Shown here piece after piece: positions 58,354 through 64,000 of a stretch of DNA of 64,000 nt. The notes under the pieces were generated by a model. That model was not told where the DNA came from. It made no database searches and was given only the letters and a program-made list of their open reading frames with translations. The number at the start of each line of letters is the position of its first letter. Positions within the stretch are counted from its first letter, which is position 1. The position numbers were made by a program, and so were the translations under genes. This stretch comes from Bacteroidia bacterium (lineage in GTDB: Bacteria > Bacteroidota > Bacteroidia > J057 > JANWXU01), in NCBI GenBank assembly GCA_025057395.1, contig JANWXU010000004.1, positions 505 through 64,504 of the forward strand, given 5' to 3'.

Positions 58354-59844
58354 TTAGAATTTTAACCCAATTATTAGAATATCGTCTGTTTGCTCTCTTT
58401 CTCCTTTCCATTCAATGTGAGTTTTACGTAATAGCTCCATTTGTCTATCCATAGGTTCATGACGAATAGAAAGTAGTAGCTGTTTAAGTCTTTTATACTT
58501 AAACTTTTCGTCTTTTTCACCTCCAAATTGATCGGCGTAGCCATCAGTAAATATGTAGTACAGGTCTCCAGGCTTCACCTCTAAACTAACCGCGGAGAAT
58601 TTTCTATTTTTGCCGAAAAATTCTCCCCCCCCTACGGCTAACCTATCACCTTGTACCTCAAACAGGTCGCTACCACGTATCCAGTACAGGGGATTATTAG
58701 CACCTGCGTATTTCAATATACCTTTTGATTCATCATAGATAAGTAGGGCAATGTCCATTCCGTCTTGGGTAGCTGTGCTAGGACTAAGCTGCTTAAGGCG
58801 CTGCTGCAAGCTAATATTAATTTCTTCCAAAATTTGATCAGGCTCTTCGATGTTTTTCTCAAGGATGATTTCGTCTAATAAAGAACTACCCAAAACCGCC
58901 ATAAATGCACCCGGCACTCCATGCCCCGTACAATCAACAGCGGCAATAATATTTTTGTGTTGTTTTTTGGTAAACCAATAAAAGTCACCACTTACGATAT
59001 CACGAGATTGATAAAAAATAAAGGATTGAGGGAAAGCTTGCTTTATATCTTCTATAGAGGGCAATAAAGCTTCTTGTATTCTTTTCGCATATCGAATACT
59101 ATCTGTAATTTCCTCTTTTTGCTGTTGGATTTCAGCGAAAGCTTTGGCTAATTGGACTCGCTGCTGATTAATTTCTTCGTGCGATTTTTTTACTTCATTA
59201 TAAGAGCGCGCATTGTACAGAGCAATAGCCGTATAAGAAGCCACTGTTTGCATAATATCAATGTGGTAGGAAGTGTAAGCGTGTTTTCGAAAACTTTGGG
59301 TAGTGATAGCGCCGATAATTTCATCCTCAAAAATCATAGGGAAATATAGAACTGAATAGGGCTTCTCTCCCGCAATTAGTTGAAGTTTAGGTATATACAG
59401 GTGGAATTCTGAGTCAGAATCTCCAATAATAATTTCTTTTCGATTTTTAATGCACCATACTACTAGCTTTTCTTCATTCATCGATATGGTAGTGGGTCGC
59501 AGGCGTACTGCATTTTCTAATAGAAAACTGGCTTCTATTGTCTGCTCGGCGCTATTATAAATAAAAACGCCAAATATGGCAGCATCCATAATGAAATTAA
59601 TTTGATTATAAAGGCGCTCAAAAATTTGCTCAAAGTCTAACGAGGAAGTAAGTTCTTGCCCTATTTTGCTAAGCACGCTAGCATTCATGTAGGTTACGCG
59701 TAAATCTTCAGCGCTTTGGGTAAGCTGCTGGTAAGCAGCCTGTAACTCTGAAGTTTTTTCTTGTAGCTCCTTTTCTTTCTGGCTCAATAATTTTTTTAAA
59801 TGTTCTATTTCAGCCTTCAGTTGAAAAATTTCTGAATCTTGCAT
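58354..59844 (-). CDS. Cytoplasmic coiled-coil, GAF, SpoIIE/PP2C serine phosphatase
   Basis: 496 aa. N-terminal heptad-rich LKAEIEHLKKLLSQKEKELQEK. GAF-like block ending IGAITTQSF...ASYTAIALYNARSY. PP2C core SGDFYWF...AVDCTGHGVPGAFMAVLG...TDGYADQ...TDDILIIGLKF. Confidence 0.85.
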   Translation of the reverse strand: MQDSEIFQLKAEIEHLKKLLSQKEKELQEKTSELQAAYQQLTQSAEDLRVTYMNASVLSKIGQELTSSLDFEQIFERLYNQINFIMDAAIFGVFIYNSAEQTIEASFLLENAVRLRPTTISMNEEKLVVWCIKNRKEIIIGDSDSEFHLYIPKLQLIAGEKPYSVLYFPMIFEDEIIGAITTQSFRKHAYTSYHIDIMQTVASYTAIALYNARSYNEVKKSHEEINQQRVQLAKAFAEIQQQKEEITDSIRYAKRIQEALLPSIEDIKQAFPQSFIFYQSRDIVSGDFYWFTKKQHKNIIAAVDCTGHGVPGAFMAVLGSSLLDEIILEKNIEEPDQILEEINISLQQRLKQLSPSTATQDGMDIALLIYDESKGILKYAGANNPLYWIRGSDLFEVQGDRLAVGGGEFFGKNRKFSAVSLEVKPGDLYYIFTDGYADQFGGEKDEKFKYKRLKQLLLSIRHEPMDRQMELLRKTHIEWKGEREQTDDILIIGLKF

Positions 59845-59891
59845 GGATATTTTTTTGTTATTTCAATTTTGGTATCTAAGGTATCAAAAAG

Positions 59892-60626
59892 CTAACTAAT
59901 ATTCAGTTTCTGTCGAAATAAATTCCATTCGTGCAGTAAATTTTGCTCTAAAATAGAACAATCACAATTTAAAATTCTTAAATGAAAAGGCTTATTTTTA
60001 GTGTTATAGATATCCAGGTAGATAATCCTTTGAGAAGAATAATAAAATTTAATTCTAAAAAATTGTTGATTATAAGCCTTATCTAGCTGAATTTGAGTTT
60101 TCAAGTGATAAATATTTTCCCTACTCTGAAGATATCTTACAAAATACTCTGCTATTTGTTGGGCTTTTTGAATTAATGTGGCTTCAAAATCAAAAGTTGG
60201 CTGCTCCCTATTATTTTCTTGCCCTTTAGTGGCGCCTTCTTTGGCTAGTTTATCTACATATTCATTCCACTTATTTCCGGAGTGGCTTTTTACTTTTTTC
60301 CAGGTAACCTTTATAGAAAGATTTTGCATAAAGCGAGCGTAGCGTTGAGTGAGTGGAAGATTAGCTTTCCATTCGCCTGTAGCCCATTTTTCAATGCCAG
60401 TATAATCATAGTATATTTCTACCTCGGAAATATTATTTTTTTTACACCAATTTATAGCATGGCCTACAGCAATCAACTCACCCGCCACTTGCCGCGTATG
60501 TTGTGCATATTCGGGGGAAACCTTTCCCGAAAATTCTTTAATAATTTGGTCCTCTCTTAGTATCACGGCTCCATAGCCTACCCTTCCCCCATAGTAAGAA
60601 CCATCAACATATATTTGAGCTGTCAT
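59892..60626 (-). CDS. RNase H (type 1) domain protein with an uncharacterised C-terminal domain of about 105 aa
   Basis: 244 aa. All four catalytic acidic positions are recognisable: IYVDGS, VAGELIAVGHAI, EIYYDYTGI, KSHSGNKWNEYVDKLAKEG. C-terminal FDFEATLIQKAQQIAEYFVRYL...YLDIYNTKNKPFHLRILNCDCSILEQ is unassigned. Confidence 0.75.
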   Translation of the reverse strand: MTAQIYVDGSYYGGRVGYGAVILREDQIIKEFSGKVSPEYAQHTRQVAGELIAVGHAINWCKKNNISEVEIYYDYTGIEKWATGEWKANLPLTQRYARFMQNLSIKVTWKKVKSHSGNKWNEYVDKLAKEGATKGQENNREQPTFDFEATLIQKAQQIAEYFVRYLQSRENIYHLKTQIQLDKAYNQQFFRIKFYYSSQRIIYLDIYNTKNKPFHLRILNCDCSILEQNLLHEWNLFRQKLNIS

Positions 60627-60643
60627 AGAACAGATAAAAAAAT

Positions 60644-62368
60644 TTAGTCTATAGGTAAAAGAATGGTGAAAGTGGTCCCTTTTTGGGTAATATCTTTATT
60701 TTCTTCAGAGTCTACAGTAATAGTTCCATTATGGAGTTCTATTACCTGTTTAGCGATACTCAAACCAAAGCCCGTTCCCTTTTCGCCCTTAGTGCCCGAG
60801 CGTTGATATTTATTCAATTTTTCAAAAATTGTAGGAAGAGCTTCTTTAGGAATACCAATTCCTGTATCTTCTACCGTTATCTGAGCAAAAGGCTTCCCAT
60901 TCTGCTCAATACTATTGAGCCCTACCGTTACTCTTCCCCCCTTGGGCGTAAATTTGATTGCATTAGCAATCAAATTATTAAAAGCTTGGGCTAGAGTAGT
61001 AGAATCAGCTTTAATTTTAAGTTCACCCTTGCTTTGTAATTCTAATTTAACCCCTTTAGTAAGAGTAAGTGCTTCAAAAGAAGTTATAATATTTTTCAAA
61101 TAAGAATCTAAGTCAATAGTAGTTTTATTTAGGGTCATGGTTCCCGATTCTAGCTTAGCTAGGTCGAGAATATCGTTAACAAACTTAATAACGGTATCCG
61201 CAGAATTTTGAATAATTTGACAATTTCGAATCACCTGGCTAGGGTTTGAAGCGATTTCTTTATCTTGCATGAGTTGAGCTAAATTAAGAATTCCCGATAA
61301 AGGGGAACGAATATCATGAGAGACGATGTTAATCATTTGGTCTTTATAAGCATTTACTTGGGTTAGCTTTCGGTTGGTTTCAAAAACCTCTTGGGTCCTT
61401 TCAATCACTAAATTTTCCATGCTATCATACAATACAGCATTTTCAAGCGCAATGCTGGCTGTACTGGTAAGAATATTAATTATTTCTAATTTGGAGAGGG
61501 AAAATAAGCCAGTAATGCTTTTACTTTCAAAGTAAAAAATATAGTTCATATTTCCTCTTTGAAAAGTAGGAACGATAGCTACCGATTTTGATTTCTGATT
61601 TTTGAAGTAAGTTTCTCCATTTTGGGTTTCTGCATCTTCGTAGACTAATGCTTCTTTTTTTCTAAGTACTTCCATAAGTGCACCATAAGGGTAATCTGCA
61701 CTATCGATAATAGTTTGGTTTAAGTTTAGTTGTGGTTCTTGGCTGGCACAAATACTTGCTATAAGCAGGGGTTTTTCTTCTTTAGTATTGATTAACCAAA
61801 CTTTTTCTGCCTGAGAATATTGTAGCATTATGTTCAAGAGCTTACCCACTAATAAATCAAAGTCGGTTTCCTGAGTAATAAGTTCGGTACTTTCATATAA
61901 GTGCTTTAGTGTTTTATTTTGCTCTTCTATAGCTGCTTCCATAAAGTAAGCGTTGATGGCTTGTTCTACAGTAAGCACCATGTCTTCCATCTCCCAGGGC
62001 TTAAGGATTAATCGAAATAATTGAGCTTCGCGGGTAGCACTTTCTATGTTTTTCATTTCTCCTTGGCCTGTAAGCATAATTTTGCGGGTTCTAGGTACAA
62101 TTTGGTGAGCTTTCTTTAAAAATACGTCACCTGACATGCCGCCCGGCATTGCTTGGTCCGAGATGATAACTGGTATTTCTTCGTTTTCTTGATACAAATC
62201 CTGAAGAATTTCAAGGGCCTCCTCCCCACTTTCGGCTAACTCATATTTATAATTTTTAGGTAAGCGGGAGCTTAATTGAGCTTCTAAAGTATCTAGTACT
62301 TCACGGTGATCGTCTACACAAATGATGTAATACTTTTTAGAAGTATGGGCTTTTATTAACGATTCCAT
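60644..62368 (-). CDS. Receiver-first hybrid sensor: REC, GAF, HisKA, HATPase_c
   Basis: 574 aa. REC: IICVDDH...VIISDQAMPGGMSG...IMLTGQG...LKPW. GAF block ends TSTASIALENAVLYD. H-box IVSHDIRSPL. ATPase DTGIGI and GTGFGLSIAKQ. Confidence 0.85.
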   Translation of the reverse strand: MESLIKAHTSKKYYIICVDDHREVLDTLEAQLSSRLPKNYKYELAESGEEALEILQDLYQENEEIPVIISDQAMPGGMSGDVFLKKAHQIVPRTRKIMLTGQGEMKNIESATREAQLFRLILKPWEMEDMVLTVEQAINAYFMEAAIEEQNKTLKHLYESTELITQETDFDLLVGKLLNIMLQYSQAEKVWLINTKEEKPLLIASICASQEPQLNLNQTIIDSADYPYGALMEVLRKKEALVYEDAETQNGETYFKNQKSKSVAIVPTFQRGNMNYIFYFESKSITGLFSLSKLEIINILTSTASIALENAVLYDSMENLVIERTQEVFETNRKLTQVNAYKDQMINIVSHDIRSPLSGILNLAQLMQDKEIASNPSQVIRNCQIIQNSADTVIKFVNDILDLAKLESGTMTLNKTTIDLDSYLKNIITSFEALTLTKGVKLELQSKGELKIKADSTTLAQAFNNLIANAIKFTPKGGRVTVGLNSIEQNGKPFAQITVEDTGIGIPKEALPTIFEKLNKYQRSGTKGEKGTGFGLSIAKQVIELHNGTITVDSEENKDITQKGTTFTILLPID

Positions 62369-62407
62369 TTGTCAAATGGTTAATATTTTTAATGCACACT
62401 AGAAATT

Positions 62408-62415
62408 CAAATCTA
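62408..62415 (-). promoter_or_regulatory. Candidate -7 box (TAGATTTG) for the REC-GAF-kinase operon
   Basis: Plus-strand caaatcta is minus-strand TAGATTTG, 40-47 nt upstream of the ATG at 62368. Possible -33 TTTG complements at 62431-62434 or 62438-62441. Confidence 0.3.
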
Positions 62416-62699
62416 ATAAAATGTTCGCTTCAAAGCGCAAAAGTGCACTAGCTATAAAGTTACAAACATACTTGTAAAATCATTCACTTTAAAAACTAAT
62501 TGAAATAAACATTTATGCATAAATCAACTTACAGCCAATTTGATTCCTTGCAAAATGCCAAGAGTTATCCTGCTTTTGTATTCATAATTTTATTAAAATT
62601 GCGACTATTGCATTATAATTAACTTTTGAATTTTTCATTTCCTTTAACTCTTAAAAAAATAGGGCTCCTAAATTTTGTTAAACTACTTTGTGGATCTTT

Positions 62700-64000
62700 A
62701 TGCTTTTTAAAGAACAGGCAACTTGTTTTGGGACTAGCCTAGTTGTAGCAATTCTAGGAGTAAGTTTACTCGGCTGCCAAAAAGCCGAAAGAAAAATTTC
62801 AATGACCAGAGAAGAAGAAATACCTAATAGTTCACTTGAAAGAAGGGTATCTAAGTATGCGACATTTACTTTACATGCTGATCTAAGCCCTCTTTCTGAG
62901 AATGAAAAGAAAATTCTAGGTCTACTAATTGATGCTGCAGACATCATGAATGAAATTTTTTGGAAGCAATCATACGGCAACCGCGATGAGTTACTGGGGC
63001 ATGTAAAAGACCCAGTAGCAAGAAAATTAATCGAGATCAACTATGGCCCTTGGGATAGACTAGATAATAACCAGCCTTTTATAGAAGGAGTAGGTCCTAA
63101 GCCATTAGGAGCCAATTTTTATCCACAAGATATGACAAAAGAAGAATTTGAGGCTGCGCCGCTAGAGGATAAGCGAAGCCCTTATACTTTGCTAAGAAGA
63201 AATTCTGAAGGTAAACTCATAACCATTCCCTATAATAAGGCTTACGAACAAGAACATAAAAGGGCAGCAAATTTACTTCGACAGGCTGCTCAATTATCTC
63301 AAGATATCGAATTCAAAAATTATTTGAATCAAAGGGCAGAAGCTTTATTAACTAATAATTATCAGCCTTCTGACCTTGCTTGGATGGATATGAAAAATAA
63401 CACACTGGATATAGTAATAGGACCAATTGAAAATTATGAAGATAAACTCTTTGGGTATAAAACTGCTCACGAAGCGTATGTACTAATAAAAGATAAGGCA
63501 TGGAGTAAAAAGTTAGAGCATTATATACAATTTTTGCCTGAATTACAAAAAGCTCTACCTGTGCCTGAAAAGTATAAAAAAGAACAACCTGGAACTGATG
63601 CCCAACTCAATGCTTATGATGCAGTTTATTATGCGGGAGATTGCAACGCTGGATCAAAAACTATTGCAATTAATTTACCCAACGACGAAGAAGTACAACT
63701 TCAAAAAGGCTCACGAAGGCTGCAACTAAAAAATGCAATGCGGGCTAAATTTGAAAAAATCTTATTACCTATTAGTCAAATCCTTATAGCGCCTGAACAA
63801 AGAAAACATATTCATTTTGATGCCTTTTTTGCTAATACTATGTTCCATGAGGTTGCGCATGGGCTAGGTATCAAAAATACAGTTAATAATAAAGGTAAAG
63901 TAAAAGATGCACTCAAAGAACTTCATGCGCCGCTGGAGGAGTGTAAGGCCGATGTCCTAGGACTTTATATGATAACGCAACTTATAGAAAAAGGACACAT
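62700..64000 (+). CDS. Lipoprotein of the M49 (DPP III-like) metallopeptidase family, pentapeptide HEXXH subclass; 3' end lies beyond the window
   Basis: Not in the track because it has no stop in the window. ATG at 62700. MLFKEQATCFGTSLVVAILGVSLLGC (lipobox LLGC). FHEVAHGLG at 63846-63860 and LEECKADVLG (EECKAD at 63936-63953). The reading frame stays open to position 64000. Confidence 0.8.
   Translation, partial: MLFKEQATCFGTSLVVAILGVSLLGCQKAERKISMTREEEIPNSSLERRVSKYATFTLHADLSPLSENEKKILGLLIDAADIMNEIFWKQSYGNRDELLGHVKDPVARKLIEINYGPWDRLDNNQPFIEGVGPKPLGANFYPQDMTKEEFEAAPLEDKRSPYTLLRRNSEGKLITIPYNKAYEQEHKRAANLLRQAAQLSQDIEFKNYLNQRAEALLTNNYQPSDLAWMDMKNNTLDIVIGPIENYEDKLFGYKTAHEAYVLIKDKAWSKKLEHYIQFLPELQKALPVPEKYKKEQPGTDAQLNAYDAVYYAGDCNAGSKTIAINLPNDEEVQLQKGSRRLQLKNAMRAKFEKILLPISQILIAPEQRKHIHFDAFFANTMFHEVAHGLGIKNTVNNKGKVKDALKELHAPLEECKADVLGLYMITQLIEKGH

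Noticed and set aside
58337-58411. 25-codon N-terminal extension of the M16 peptidase ORF (MERRKRANRRYSNNWVKILTEKVSK)
   Set aside because: It would overlap the 3' end of the PP2C gene by 58 nt. The internal ATG at 58336 is followed directly by a typical signal peptide.
62678-63040. 120-aa minus-strand ORF
   Set aside because: It overlaps the 5' end of the plus-strand M49-like lipoprotein gene, which has clear family motifs and an open frame to the window end. The minus ORF has no recognisable features.

Overview
AT-rich segment of a Bacteroidota-type chromosome, probably from a gliding Cytophagia- or Saprospiria-like organism. The lineage call rests on T9SS type A and type B C-terminal sorting domains, a PorP/SprF gene, SprB and SBBP repeats, and TAnnTTTG -7 boxes. 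All calls come from reading the supplied ORF track and my own translations. No HMM or BLAST search was run, so family names are motif-level recognitions.

About 27 kb (roughly 42 percent) of the window encodes four very large secreted repeat proteins:
- a gene of more than 3355 aa, open at the left edge (1-10069, minus; missing from the ORF track because it has no stop in the window)
- a 1220-aa beta-helix protein with a type B sorting domain, paired with PorP/SprF
- a 1202-aa Ig-repeat protein
- a 3195-aa SBBP-propeller/SprB-repeat adhesin

The remaining genes fall into four groups:
- Signalling: two SpoIIE/PP2C phosphatases and two receiver-first histidine kinases.
- Metallopeptidase-like genes, five in total: M43-like and M16-like domains that have both lost zinc ligands, plus intact M1, M16 and M49 genes.
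- An envelope operon: TMTC-like GT-C/TPR protein, M16-like/OmpA fusion, LptF/G, GT4 and DapF.
- A cell-wall and isoprenoid operon, an Rpn-type PD-(D/E)XK nuclease, and a LolD-like ATPase broken by a frameshift in an A10 tract.

I saw no rRNA, tRNA, CRISPR array, IS element or recognisable phage-defence cassette.

The most unusual organisation occurs twice: a sensor-PP2C gene, then an exported Zn-metallopeptidase gene, then T9SS cargo genes. One copy also carries an RNase H fusion gene. That these genes form a functional system is inference only.
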